Shown: one piece after another, positions 34,805 through 53,415 of the stretch
How the letters are laid out: each line of letters begins with the position of its first letter
Position numbering within the stretch: position 1 is the stretch's first letter
Source: Amoebidium appalachense
Lineage: Eukaryota > Protista > Ichthyosporea
NCBI GenBank assembly: GCA_963693365.1
Contig: CAVNZM010000001.1
Location: 823,245 to 887,244 of the forward strand
Direction: 5' to 3'
DNA length: 64,000 bases
The notes under the pieces: generated by a model
Told to the model about the DNA's origin: nothing
The model's input: only the letters and a program-made list of their open reading frames with translations
Databases searched by the model: none
Position numbers and translations under genes: made by a program

Positions 34805-37800
34805 TGTTAATTTCTATAAGTATTTTGGGATGAAAGCAGAGACACAGTGGTGCAGTGTGAAAACACCACAGACACACACAACAACAAAACACGGAACGAT
34901 CGGAGCAGTGTACACAACAGACATCAATGTTTAGACACGACTGAACTGAATTTATTCTGATCTTCGAATAAATACCTGAAATTCCTCTAAGTCCAATCCA
35001 TACATGATTTCCGACCAGTCGGAAATCAGATCCATCTCTAATAGAAACCAATCACTAAGAACCAATTGCTTTCAGAGAGATCCGGTACGCGGAGGCGTAC
35101 ACGATAGGACACAGACACTAGTTAAGATCAACTCGTGTCATCATCAAGGAAGTTCTAACCTATGACATACTGCAAAGACTCAGACATATCACACTTAACC
35201 TTGATGATTGGTTAAAGCCCGGCAACACATGAAAACTAAAGTGAATTAATGAAGTCTAAACACACATGCTATTCTAAGTGTAGCCTAAGTGTGTTACCGT
35301 CCAATGAACACGTATTAAGTAACACAAATCTACCTAACATATATTAGTAGAAAAGAAATACGATTATACACATGAAGACAAGGAGAGAAAGAAAAGAAAA
35401 TAAGGAAGGAGAAAGAGGAAGGAAAAGAGAGCACAGATCAACAAACAAGATAGTAATAGCATAACTATAACCAGAGATATTTATGTACACACGAACATGT
35501 ACACGTCTCTCCCTGAGTGGGTGGATCCGTGTACACACATATAAATATTCTAATCGATATTACAATACACGATTAAAGCCGATACAACACGATTACAAGT
35601 ATACAAGCATATCGGAGATCGATGCTACACTTTACATAATAGGAGTGTGGCATTTACACTAAGCATATGAACTGAAACATAACACAAACTGAGAAGATCT
35701 TACCATATGTAAATACTACGTATTACAACATCCCCACTTAAGACTTTGAAGTTTGTGTTATCATATCCCCACTGAACTAGTGAAATCTCCCCACTTGAGA
35801 ACAGAAACGGAAAAAAAAAAATTAAAGTGTGTACTTTTCCGGGGGGGGGGGGGGGGGGGGGGGAGAAGGGGGGGGGGGGGGGGGGGGAAGGGGGGGGGGG
35901 GGGGGGGGGGGGGGGGAAGGGGGGGGGGAAGGGGGGGGGGGGAAGGGGGGGGGGGGAGGGGGGGGAAGGAACCGGGGCAAAAACAACGAATATATATAAC
36001 GTGTATAGGCGGTGTTTGATTAACTGGGTTTTAAACCAGTGAAAGATAGAGTAGAGTGATGGTACAGGTCAAACCTTATATATAAACCCTAAGTGGGCAT
36101 ACCCACAAAGGCAATACATATGATATAATGATGTTGATAAAGTAAGTAGTACACATGAGAAAATCACGCTTGAAGTAGGTCGGGTCAATCCACAATATCC
36201 GGTAAACAAAGTCGAGCACGATGGTGGACATGACTCGGGCCGGGGAGGGGTTTGGTGAGTATGTCAGCTAAGTTGTGGGCTGACTCAACGTAGTGGACAA
36301 CCACGTCCCCACTGGCAATGTAGTCCTTGGTGTTGTGATACCGGACGGCAATGTGTTTGGTACGGTGCTTGATGCCGGTGGAGTTGACGATGGCAATGGT
36401 CGACTGGTTGTCACAGTACACCGGAGTCGGAGCAAGCATGGGACAGCCGAGTTCCTTGAAGAGGTCACGGACACAAGCAACTTCTTGGGTGCCAGCATTG
36501 AGAGCAATCAGCTCAGCTTCAGTGGTGCTGGTGGCCGTGATGGGCTGGAGCTTGGAGTACCAGATGACGGGCATACCAGCAAACACGATAATGTAGCCGG
36601 TGGTAGACTTCTTGCTGTCGGCACAACCAGCAAAGTCAGCATCCGTGTAGCATTCGAGTATGGGGGACTGGGTGGCCGAGTACTTGTAGTCAATGCCAAG
36701 GGCAATGGTGCCGAGCAGGTACCGGGCCACACGACGGAGAAGGTCCCAGTGAGTCTTGCCGGGGTTGGTGCTGAACCGACCAAGGAAGCCGATGGCATAG
36801 GCAATGTCGGGACGTGTGCACCGTGCCACCCAGAGGAGACGGCCGAGTAACTCACGGTAGGGCACGGTGAACGGTTGGGGGGGGCAATCAGCCAGGGAGA
36901 CGGTGGTGCCTGCAGGGATGGGGGTAGACTTGGACTTGGCATCGGTGAGGTTGAAGTCGTGGATGATATCCATGATGTAAGACCTCTGGTGCATGTGGAG
37001 GTGATGGGGATCAGAGTGATTAAAATCAACACCGAGCATACGGTCAAATGGACTCATACGACAGGTGGCCATCTTGCTGATGTGGGCAGCCAGGTCACTG
37101 GCAGCAGTAGAACCCCGGGTGTTGGTGATGGTGGAGTCATCGACGTAGTTACCAGCCCGTACCACATCGTTGTTGGGGAAGAACCGGAGGTAGATGAACG
37201 GGTCGGTCTTAGTACGGGTCAGGCCATGGGCAAGAAGAATGCCGTCGAGGAAGTCGTACCAAGCCTTGGAGGCTTGCTTGAGGCCGTACAGGGCTTTCTT
37301 GAGTCTCCAGACCTTGCCAAGTGTGGCCATGGTGATGAATCCCGGGGGTTGTTTCATGTAGATGGTCTCGTTGAGTGGGCTGTTGAGAAAGGCCGTAGAC
37401 ACGTCGAGTTGATGTATGTCATGACCTTCAACAACGGCCAGAGCTAGGATGGCACGGAGAGCAGCCGGACGGATGACAGGGCTCTCAATCAACTCATAGT
37501 CAACACCGTATTGCTGACTGAAGCCTTGAGCAACACCACGTGCCTTGATCTTGGTGTCACCAGCCGAGTTGAGAGTTTTCTCGGAGACAATCCACTTGAA
37601 GCCGACGATGTTAGCACCAGGGGGAGGGTCAACAAGTTCAAAGATGTCTTTGTCGACGAAGGCTTGATACTCAGCAGTCAGGGCTGACTTGACCTGATCA
37701 CCATTGGGTCCGGAACAGAGTTGACGGACAAGTTTGGGTAGTTGGTCGATGTTGATGGGGGGACCGGGGGGGACTGGCAGGGTGGTGGTGGCTTGAAGTC

Positions 37801-40800
37801 CAACCTTGCCCTGGAGACGGGCAGAACGACGGGGTGCAGGAACCGGGGTAGGTGGAGACGGTGGGGGGGGGAACTTGGAAGTTCGGAAGTGCAGGGGGGG
37901 GCAACCTCCGGGCTGGACGGGGCCGAGTGGAAGTTGTCGGGGGAGCCGGGTCGGATGGGTGTGACGTTGCCAGGGCCAGGATGAGGGTCGGCAGGCTGGA
38001 CGGGCACGGGGGCAGGGGGGCCGGTGGGGGGGGGGTGTCGGGGGAACGACGATGGCAGGAGGGGGGCCAGAGTACACCAGACAAACATCATCTTCAGTGT
38101 CAACTGTGGGGGGTGGGGTGGTCGAGGTAGCAGTGGTGTCGGGGGTCGGAAGGGTTGATGGAATGTCGGACGGGAGATAAGCTGATTCGTCGAAAATCAC
38201 ATCACGGAAGAGGCCGACACGATGGGTGGTGGCATTGAAGATCCGGTGGCAGTGTGATTGAAGATCATAGCCGATATACATGCCGAGTTTGACGGTGGGG
38301 GCCAGCTTGTTCCGTTTAGAGGCTGGCACGTGAGTGTAGGCAGGGCAACCGAACACTTTGAGCTCGGAGATGTCGGGCTTGACACCGTAGAAAACCTCGA
38401 ATGGTGTACGACCATTGGCAGTCGTGGACGGGGTGACGTTGATGATGTAGGCGGCATGTTGGAGGGCCTCAGCCCACAGTTTGGGAGACAGAGACTGATC
38501 TTGGACTTGATGGAGGAGGCAACGGACAATCTCTTGGAGGAACCGCATACGTCGTTCAACATAGCCGTTCAGTTGAGGGCAGTCCACCGGAGCATAGCTG
38601 GCCTTGATGCCCTGGGAGAGGCAAAAAGCACGGGTATCCTTGGAGGTGAACTCAGAGCCGGAGTCGAAGTGGTAAACACCAACTCTGGAGGGGGCATGGG
38701 TGGCAACGAGGTTGGTGTGAGCTGTGAGAATATCCAGGGTGGTGGTACGGTCGGCCATCGGGTAGATCTTGACGAGGCCAGAGGCACGGCAGACAGTGAC
38801 GAGAGCAACCTTGGAACCTCCGTACGATGTTGTGGTAGGCTCAAAAAAATCCCAATGCCATTCATGACCGGGGATGTTGGAGTGAGGACGGTCACCCCTG
38901 AACGGAGCCTTGGTGGTCTTACCCATAATGCAGCCATGACAATCAGGAACATCACAGGCGAGGACAGAGGAGGGGAGACCAATAACAAGGTCGTGTTTCA
39001 CCATGTCCTTGATGCTGGTCATAGCTCGGTGCCCCAGACGATGGTGCCAGATGGATGGGTTAACACTGTAGTGGGTAGTGGCAGCCAGAGCCACAGGACG
39101 AGTGGGTGGTTGAATGGTGTAGTCCTTGAAGTAATACAGACCGTTGTGTAGACGGAGGTTGACGAGATGACGGCCGGTGAGTCGGTCGAAGAGGAATGAC
39201 GGAGTGGAGGCATCGTTCAAATCACCCTTGATGTATTCGGCAGCAGCTTGGGATGTTGAAATGAGGAAGGCTTGGCCAGACGGGGTGTAGTAGGCTTCAA
39301 TGGTTAGGGTGTTAGTGCCATGGTCGGTGGTGGTGTTGATGACGATATGGCCGGTGTGAGTGGCCAAGACGGGGGTGCCATTGAAGGCAGCAACGGGAGT
39401 CGGTGTCGGAAGGGGAGTGAGGTCATGGAAGAACTCACGGGTGGGGCAAACAGTCATGTTGCACCCGGAATCCCAGGCAGGGTCGGAGGACACGGGGACG
39501 GAGCTAGCATTGTATGCCGAGAAAGCAAAGGAGACAGATTTCTCACTGCCTTGACGGGAACGGTTGTGTCTGGACATACGGCATTTCGGCTCAGGGCAAT
39601 CGATGATCGTGTGATCAGGCTCGTGGCAGTAGGAGCATTCTTTCACGGACGGGGTGTTAGAACGAGCCGGGGAATCAGAACGACGGGAACCCGAGAAACG
39701 GGAACGACTGGGGGAACGAGACGTGGACCGGAAGGCAGGCCGGTGGGGGGAACGGGATCGGGTGTGCTGACGGGAGAGACGAGTTCGGAGGTCCGTGCCA
39801 GAGGTACGGTCAAGTCGGGTGCGTAAGTCACGGCGAGGAAGATCACGGGGGGGAGCACTGGCATTTAATGCCATGCTGGACTTGGAGGCACGGTGGGCAC
39901 GGTTGTTCCGGAGTTGCATCTTGAGGTCTTGACGTAACTCGATGCCCTTGACGTGGTTATGGAGGGACTCGAAGTCGGGGAATAGCTTATCACCGAAGTG
40001 ATAGTCTTCGATAAGACGATTGAACTCAGGGGTGAGGTCGTCTCTGGTGGTGAGTTCATTGAAGAACTTCTCAGCTAGACGAGTGAAGTGAATGGACTCA
40101 TCTTGGAGAGACTGGAGCCGGTTCACGATGGTCTGCAGACGGCTCAGGTAGGTGGTGAATGATTCACCGGGCTGAAGGGCACAGGCATCCCACTGACGGT
40201 GAAGGATGCGGATCTGATCGGGTTTGCCTTGGAGATAGTGTTGACGGAATTTCCACATGGCCCGTTCAGGGTCCATGCCAATACGGTACTGGGCAACGGT
40301 GGTGAGGACGGAAGGGTCGATGTTCTGTATCATATGGAGCAGGAGGCAATTGCGGGCCTCTTTGAGTTCCGCGGTAGTGCCGTAGCCATAGAAGGGGGGT
40401 TCACCGTCAACCGCGACGGTGGTAGGGGGGACGTAGTTGTCAGCAAGGACAACATCCACGAGTCGGACACCTTTAGTGCCGGTCATCATGCCGAGAAAAA
40501 TGATTTCCCATTGAAAATAGGTAGTTTTGCTATCGGGACCAGTCTTCCCTTCACCTTTCCACATGGTGATTTTGTTTACGCCAGTTTTGTTTGGATCCAT
40601 GATTGAAAAACGAGCGCGAGTTCTAGATGTGTGTAGGGAGCGTGCAAAAAGGGCTGCATAACCTGTTAATTTCTATAAGTATTTTGGGATGAAAGCAGAG
40701 ACACAGTGGTGCAGTGTGAAAACACCACAGACACACACAACAACAAAACACGGAACGATCGGAGCAGTGTACACAACAGACATCAATGTTTAGACACGAC

Positions 40801-41589
40801 TGAACTGAATTTATTCTGATCTTCGAATAAATACCTGAAATTCCTCTAAGTCCAATCCATACATGATTTCCGACCAGTCGGAAATCAGATCCATCTCTAA
40901 TAGAAACCAATCACTAAGAACCAATTGCTTTCAGAGAGATCCGGTACGCGGAGGCGTACACGATAGGACACAGACACTAGTTAAGATCAACTCGTGTCAT
41001 CATCAAGGAAGTTCTAACCTATGACATACTGCAAAGACTCAGACATATCACACTTAACCTTGATGATTGGTTAAAGCCCGGCAACACATGAAAACTAAAG
41101 TGAATTAATGAAGTCTAAACACACATGCTATTCTAAGTGTAGCCTAAGTGTGTTACCGTCCAATGAACACGTATTAAGTAACACAAATCTACCTAACATA
41201 TATTAGTAGAAAAGAAATACGATTATACACATGAAGACAAGGAGAGAAAGAAAAGAAAATAAGGAAGGAGAAAGAGGAAGGAAAAGAGAGCACAGATCAA
41301 CAAACAAGATAGTAATAGCATAACTATAACCAGAGATATTTATGTACACACGAACATGTACACGTCTCTCCCTGAGTGGGTGGATCCGTGTACACACATA
41401 TAAATATTCTAATCGATATTACAATACACGATTAAAGCCGATACAACACGATTACAAGTATACAAGCATATCGGAGATCGATGCTACACTTTACATAATA
41501 GGAGTGTGGCATTTACACTAAGCATATGAACTGAAACATAACACAAACTGAGAAGATCTTACCATATGTAAATACTACGTATTACAACA
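34805..41589 (-). mobile_element. Full-length Ty1/Copia family B retrotransposon nested in the Plavaka element
   Basis: 926-bp LTRs at 34805-35730 and 40664-41589, identical by eye; TSD AGATC at 34800-34804 and 41590-41594; PBS GGTTATG; PPT; single long ORF. Confidence 0.96.
36185..40600 (-). CDS. Copia gag-pol polyprotein (gag, PR, IN, RT, RNase H), 1471 aa
   Basis: Copia domain order with WDSGC, HHCC, DDE, KARGVAQGFSQQYGVDY, YVDD, DADFAG and ADILTK. Confidence 0.95.
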   Translation of the reverse strand: MDPNKTGVNKITMWKGEGKTGPDSKTTYFQWEIIFLGMMTGTKGVRLVDVVLADNYVPPTTVAVDGEPPFYGYGTTAELKEARNCLLLHMIQNIDPSVLTTVAQYRIGMDPERAMWKFRQHYLQGKPDQIRILHRQWDACALQPGESFTTYLSRLQTIVNRLQSLQDESIHFTRLAEKFFNELTTRDDLTPEFNRLIEDYHFGDKLFPDFESLHNHVKGIELRQDLKMQLRNNRAHRASKSSMALNASAPPRDLPRRDLRTRLDRTSGTDLRTRLSRQHTRSRSPHRPAFRSTSRSPSRSRFSGSRRSDSPARSNTPSVKECSYCHEPDHTIIDCPEPKCRMSRHNRSRQGSEKSVSFAFSAYNASSVPVSSDPAWDSGCNMTVCPTREFFHDLTPLPTPTPVAAFNGTPVLATHTGHIVINTTTDHGTNTLTIEAYYTPSGQAFLISTSQAAAEYIKGDLNDASTPSFLFDRLTGRHLVNLRLHNGLYYFKDYTIQPPTRPVALAATTHYSVNPSIWHHRLGHRAMTSIKDMVKHDLVIGLPSSVLACDVPDCHGCIMGKTTKAPFRGDRPHSNIPGHEWHWDFFEPTTTSYGGSKVALVTVCRASGLVKIYPMADRTTTLDILTAHTNLVATHAPSRVGVYHFDSGSEFTSKDTRAFCLSQGIKASYAPVDCPQLNGYVERRMRFLQEIVRCLLHQVQDQSLSPKLWAEALQHAAYIINVTPSTTANGRTPFEVFYGVKPDISELKVFGCPAYTHVPASKRNKLAPTVKLGMYIGYDLQSHCHRIFNATTHRVGLFRDVIFDESAYLPSDIPSTLPTPDTTATSTTPPPTVDTEDDVCLVYSGPPPAIVVPPTPPPHRPPCPRARPACRPSSWPWQRHTHPTRLPRQLPLGPVQPGGCPPLHFRTSKFPPPPSPPTPVPAPRRSARLQGKVGLQATTTLPVPPGPPINIDQLPKLVRQLCSGPNGDQVKSALTAEYQAFVDKDIFELVDPPPGANIVGFKWIVSEKTLNSAGDTKIKARGVAQGFSQQYGVDYELIESPVIRPAALRAILALAVVEGHDIHQLDVSTAFLNSPLNETIYMKQPPGFITMATLGKVWRLKKALYGLKQASKAWYDFLDGILLAHGLTRTKTDPFIYLRFFPNNDVVRAGNYVDDSTITNTRGSTAASDLAAHISKMATCRMSPFDRMLGVDFNHSDPHHLHMHQRSYIMDIIHDFNLTDAKSKSTPIPAGTTVSLADCPPQPFTVPYRELLGRLLWVARCTRPDIAYAIGFLGRFSTNPGKTHWDLLRRVARYLLGTIALGIDYKYSATQSPILECYTDADFAGCADSKKSTTGYIIVFAGMPVIWYSKLQPITATSTTEAELIALNAGTQEVACVRDLFKELGCPMLAPTPVYCDNQSTIAIVNSTGIKHRTKHIAVRYHNTKDYIASGDVVVHYVESAHNLADILTKPLPGPSHVHHRARLCLPDIVD

Positions 41590-41775
41590 AGATCCCCACG
41601 CGCACCACAATCATATCCCATTCCCAGGCTGCACACACCACCTCACTTTCCTTAGGGACGGGGAGGAGTATCATGCCCTAAAGGAAAAACTGTTGAAGAG
41701 ACAGCAGATGCAGCTTGTGGTGGAGGCCGGTAGCGATTCCAATTTAGGGAAATTACGGGGGGTTCCTGAGGGGCA

Positions 41776-47469
<5,694 letters not shown>

Positions 47470-48229
47470 AGGTAGCAATGGGTGAGGCTATGCAAATTGT
47501 CGTACCCTTAAAAGATGCCTTTATGGGGACTTTTAGACTACATTTTCCTTTTTTCCCATCTCGATCACCCCCACATCCGAACCTTTCGGATATCTTTATG
47601 AGATCTGTTTGACAATATGTTGATGTCTGAATCGAGTGCATAATTTTTGTTTTCGGCTTGGATTCACTTAATAATGCCAATCGTTGCCGCATCTATATGT
47701 ATCTGTGGACCCTGTAGTGGCCACATCAGCTAACAAATAACGGAAAGGGTTGTGGCCATTAGTATATCTAGTAACAATGCTGACAGTTACCGTAAGCCTG
47801 CCCGCCCACATGGGCCCGTATGGACAACTAAATGACGACTTAGTGGCGGGTTTATGATGTCTCGGACGATGGAATTTGTGCACGCGCACGTGCACCAAGT
47901 CTGTGACACAAGGGTGTTGCTCCTCTGCCATATCTGATACGACTTCTTTCATGAATCATTCATTAAATATGCAACAATATTATTATCTGTTATAAATTAT
48001 ATCAAAATATATCTTTACAACCAAGGTTGTTGGTAATTATCTACACTAGCCATATGGGTGGAATGGCTGGGCCAGAGCCAGACGAGGAGATGGGCGAAGA
48101 CGCAGAGTAAATTTTCTGTTTGTTGATGAGTGGGGGTGTAGGGGGTTTGGTTTTCACGTGTGTCAGTAGCCTGTAACATATAGGCGCTGTGCCGATGTCA
48201 GAAGTTTAAGTGGACTGCAACCCAACCTT

Positions 48230-49420
48230 TTAGGTATATATTGACATCCAAATAGTATAGGTTTACTACGAAAAAGATATCAGAACTTATCGTTATAGCA
48301 TCTTTACATTCTCCTGCTGATATCATTATATACATGTTGACATCCAAATGGTATAAGTTTATGGCTAAAAAGATATCAGAACTTATCAATATAGCATCTT
48401 TACATTCACCTGATGTCCATCTTGCGATGCTTAAAAGTGCACGGAATCGATCTAGCCTGGGTCCAAAAGATGCCTCGAACCCATCCCAGGAATCTCATGA
48501 TGACCATCCAAAACACATCAAAGGGACAATTGCAAGACACCATAATGTGCATATATAGATTCATCTTCAGACAACTAACGGCTCCTGAAAAGTGCATACA
48601 AGGACCACTTAAAGACCCTAGAGAGATGCTGTGGACTCCATTCTCGTATGAGAATTGCATCCAGCAACATTATAGCATCTATATATGCCTATCATGTGCA
48701 CCGGGTAATCCACAAACCATCTATGACGTCGTGGATGTGGACCATCGCAAAGATCACATAGAGACCCTAACTAGATATCATAAAGTGCACATGCTGTGCC
48801 TAGAACAGGGATAAATCAGGAATGATGATATAATATGCACCAGAAATACACTTAGACATCTGAGGGTACCTAGGGGGTACATATGGATGGGAAAAGGATA
48901 GGATATTCAGAGATCTGTAATACCACATCATCAACACCATAGGTCCACATGTAGATGCCTTCAAGTGCACGGAATCGATCGAGCCAGGGTCAAAAAGATG
49001 TCACAAACCCATCCCAGAAACCTCATGATGACCATCCGAAAGGCATCTAAAAGACCACGTAAAGGCCATATAAGATGCAAATATGGTTTTCCCTCATGAC
49101 AACTAAATGTTCCTAAAAGGTTCATTAACAGACCACTTAAAGACGTCAAAAAGATGCTGTATACCAGATATAGCGTCCAGCAACATTAAAGCAACCATAT
49201 ATGCCTATCATGTGCACCACCCAATCCACATACCATCTATGACGTCGTGGATGAGGTCCATCTACAAGAGCACATAAAGACACTTTGTCGATCATTAAAA
49301 GTGCATATGCTGTGCATATAACAGCGAAAAAACAATATGGATCGTATAAAATGCACTAAAACTAGTCTTGGACATCATAGGGGACTTAGGGGGTAGAAAT
49401 GGATGGGAAGAAAATATGAT
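48230..49420. repeat. Subterminal duplications of the Plavaka element (~97-bp and ~530-bp diverged direct repeats)
   Basis: ttgacatccaaat at 48241 and 48337; aagtgcacggaatcgatc at about 48435 and 48963, with colinear downstream similarity. Confidence 0.75.
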
Positions 49421-49896
49421 CATATAAAGTGGTCCATATAATGTCTATGTGCACCGGAAATAAACTAGAAGTACACTTGGACGTCCTGGAGTACTTAGGG
49501 TGTACTTTGGGATGGGTACAAGAAAAGAGCATTTAATGTGGTCTTTAGATGGTCCATATCACCACCCAAACCCCACCAAATTGTGTTTGGAAAATTTTGA
49601 ACATCGGGGCATTTAATATGCATTTAGGATGGGTTGTAGATCATTTCATGACACCATAGTAGATGCCTTGCGGTGCTGTTCTGGATGATGGATGATATCA
49701 AGTCCCCTTTATCCCCTCCTGGACATCATAGATGAGTTATGGATAGTGGCCATCCAAATTGTTTACGACCCCCACATCCCATCTAGATGTCATCATGTAG
49801 GTAGGTTGTGGTGGATGTGTGGGGTGGATATGGTGGGAGGACCCCCAAAAGGTGTCCTGGATGGGATCCGGATCGCCGAACAAGATTGCTGATGAG

Positions 49897-50585
49897 CATG
49901 CTGGCTACATCATCAACATCACACCGTCATCTGCTGCCAACGGCAACACCCCCTTCGAGGCCTTCCACGGCTTCAAACCCGACGTCTCCCAGCTCCACGT
50001 GTTCGGCTCCCCTGCCTATGTGCATGTTCCCCGATCCAAGAGGAACAAGCTTGCATCAACCGTCAGAGTCGGCACCTACGTCGGCTGGGATCTGCCCTCC
50101 AAGGTACACAAGATCCTCGACCGTGCCAGCCACCAAGTCAAGATCTGCTGTGATGTGATCTTCGACGAGTCAAAATTCACGAGCAGCACCAATCAGGTCC
50201 CCGATCCCCCCAAACCCGATCTGCCGACAAACGACCCCCCCACCGACGACGACGATGAAACTCCGTCTGTGGTCATCTCCCAACCGTCCTGGCACAACCA
50301 ACCAGCCCCGGTTGAACCCGTACCTCCCCCGAGCCCCCCCCCCACTGGCCAACAACCCTTGCTACCGGCCCCCCCCGTTGCTGTGCATCAACCCGGCTAC
50401 ATGACTCCGGTTCGTCCTGGGTCCCCCACCTTCCACTCGGCCTCGAGCAGCCCTGTGGACACCGATGCCCCCCTCACCACCGGTCCTATTCCTGGCTTCC
50501 ATGCCCCTGTCCCGGCCTACAACACCTCCCCCGGCCTCCACCCCCCTCAAGGACCCCCCCAAGCCCAACCTTCGTCGGTCTGCAC
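49897..50585 (+). pseudogene. Copia A integrase C-terminal part and Pro-rich linker
   Basis: HAGYIINITPSSAANGNTPFEAFHGFKPDVSQLHVFGSPAYVHVP..KRNKL...DVIFDES. Confidence 0.9.
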
Positions 50586-51649
50586 CATCAGCAAACTTCC
50601 CGGAAGTATTGCCAACGTATTTTTTGCTATTGGAGCTATTGGCGATATTGGCAATAGAACCCCTTGCCGCCAATAGGAACGCCATATTGCAATAATATTG
50701 CTTTGGTATTGTCAATGGTAATACAGTACCAATATCCTCTATTGTCGATATCCCGCTGATATGAATATATTATCCAGTATATGTTACATCAATATCGCCA
50801 ATACATTAGAGTGCCATTACATTACCATTGCATTACTATTGCGCTAGCATTATAGACGTATTGCCAATATCAACTATACCCGGGCGATATTACAATAACA
50901 ACCAAATAATATCAAAAATACAGATAATGATATGGATAATACTGTATTTTCGCATTGTAGTTGCATTATGAACGCATTATTAATATATTGCCAATATGTA
51001 ATTCATAGAAATACAAAGATTTAAATATCAAGAAACATATAAACAATGTATTGCCAACATATGATCCAACTATAATCAATATATAAATGCGGTATCGCCG
51101 ATAGGTTGCTTATATATCGTGAGTATATTGATGACATAAACAGAGGTATGATTAATACACTCCCAACACATTACAAATAAGGAATATGTAAGTATGTTCC
51201 ATATCAAGCATATATTGCCAACATACGAATGATACCACCACCATAAAGATATAAGTGTTGATAATGATTACATATATATTATAAATATCACACTATATTA
51301 TCCAAATACATTGCCAATAAATTGATAATGGGAACGAATGCATGCAAAGTACAGTATAAGTGCGCTTATAATATGAAAGGCATATCGGAGTAACGTCTTA
51401 TATCTAAGAATAATACGTATGACGAACATTGCCAATGTATTAACAATAACTTTATTGATACCTCAATCACATGCTCAATATATTGGGCAATATGCACACG
51501 GTACGGTAAGCACAGCCCCATGATCATTGTCAATGTATTGCCAATGTATTGCACATGTCGACATCCATACGTGTTCCGTATGGTCACTTTATTAACTTCG
51601 GTTGGATAGTGGCATCAAGCACACAAGTAAACAACACAACTAATATACC

Positions 51650-52574
51650 TGTTGTAATACGTAGTATTTACATATGGTAAGATCTTCTCAGTTTGTGTTA
51701 TGTTTCAGTTCATATGCTTAGTGTAAATGCCACACTCCTATTATGTAAAGTGTAGCATCGATCTCCGATATGCTTGTATACTTGTAATCGTGTTGTATCG
51801 GCTCTAATCGTGTATTGTGATATCGATTAGAATATTTATATGTGTGTACACGGATCTACCCACTCAGGGAGAGACGTGTACATGTTTGTGTGTACATAAA
51901 TATCTCTGGTTATAGTTATACTATTACTATCTTGTTTGTTGATCTGTGCTCTCTTTTCCTTTCTCTTTCTCCTTCCTTATTTTCTTTTCTTTCTCTCCTT
52001 GTCTTCATGTGTATAATCGTATTTCTTTTCTACTAATACATGTTAGGTAGATTTGTGTTACTTAATATGTGTTGATTGGACGGTAACACACTTAGGCTAC
52101 ACTTAGAATAACATGTGTGATTAGACTTCATTAATTTACTTTAGTTTTCATGTGTTGCCGGGCTTTAACCAATCATCAAGGTTAAGTGTGATATGTCTGA
52201 GTCTTTGCAGTGTGTCATAGGTTAAAACTTCCTTGATGATGACACGAGTTGATCTTAACTAGTGTCTGTGTCCTATCGTGTACGTCTCCGCGTACCAGAT
52301 CTCTCTGAAAGCAATTGGTTCTTAGTGATTGGTTTCTATTAGAGATAGATCTGATTTCCGACTGGTCGGAAATCATGTATGGATTGGACTTAGAGGAATT
52401 TCAGGTATTTATTCAAAGATCAGAATAAATTCAGTTCAGTCGTGTCTAAACATTGATGTCTGTTGTGTACACTGCTCCGATCGTTCCCAGTTTTGTTATT
52501 GTGTGTGTCTGTGGTGTTTTCACACTGCACCACTGTGTCTCTGCTTACATCCCAAATACTCATATAATTTTACA
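51650..52574 (+). mobile_element. Copia B solo LTR (subtype B2)
   Basis: 925 bp, TGT...ACA, homologous to 40664-41589; TSD ATACC at 51645-51649 and 52575-52579. Confidence 0.93.
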
Positions 52575-53278
52575 ATACCACCCCAGGTGGCATCCTAAAG
52601 CACACAAGTTAACAACACAACTAACATACCACCCCAGGTGGCATCCATTCTCTACTATCTACTTTATCTCGCATCTCGTATCAACATTACTCTTATGCAA
52701 ACAAAAAATACCAAAAAGAATCATGACAAAAAAAGAAGAAAAAAGAAGAAAAAAGAAAAAGAAAACTACCACACAAGCACAACAGGCTGGGCTGGGGCAA
52801 CACAGAAACGAAAAACGGAAACAACAGCAGCCATAGGACAAAGAGCCGGTACCCACCTCTAGAGTGGCAAAAAAAGAGTCGACAGAACGAACCTCAAACA
52901 TAGTAAGGACGGAAACCCGGACCAGAACTTATAAGTCTAGAGAAGCAGAAAATAGCTTGAACGACTGGTGGAGGGGATGATAGCTATAGTGCTAACAGCA
53001 AAAGTAGTGCCCACAGTCGCTGGTTCATGAACGTGAAAAGGCAACGTGCATCTGCAGCCAGCAGGCACACGCACACACACGCACACACATACAATCACAC
53101 GCACACAGACACAGACACAGACACAGACATAATCACAGGCACGGACACAGACCAGACAGACAAACGCCACATGCACAAAAGCAGGCAACACAAAACTAAC
53201 CTTCAAACGGCCTTTCAGCCGTTAGGCGAAGAAGCTGCAGCATGCAGCATGGTCGAAACCATTCAGCACGGTGGCTGC

Positions 53279-53415
53279 GCGACCTGCGGATGGGACCTGT
53301 GACCAGGCGACCTGCGGGAGGCGACCTGCGGGAAGGGAACTGCGACCAGGCGACCTGCGGGAAGGGACCTGCGACCAGGCGACCTGCGGGAAAGGACCTG
53401 CTGACCTGCGGGAAG
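53279..53415. repeat. GC-rich minisatellite built on gcgacctgcggga
   Basis: About six gacctgcgg cores with gaccag spacers. Confidence 0.75.

Noticed and set aside
36293-39826. Antisense ORFs overlapping Copia pol
   Set aside because: Shadow frames of GC-rich coding sequence, with no motifs.
52930-53250. Possible two-exon minus-strand gene (MLQLLRLTAERPFE...)
   Set aside because: The spliced frame hits a stop within about 25 codons and I recognise no homology.
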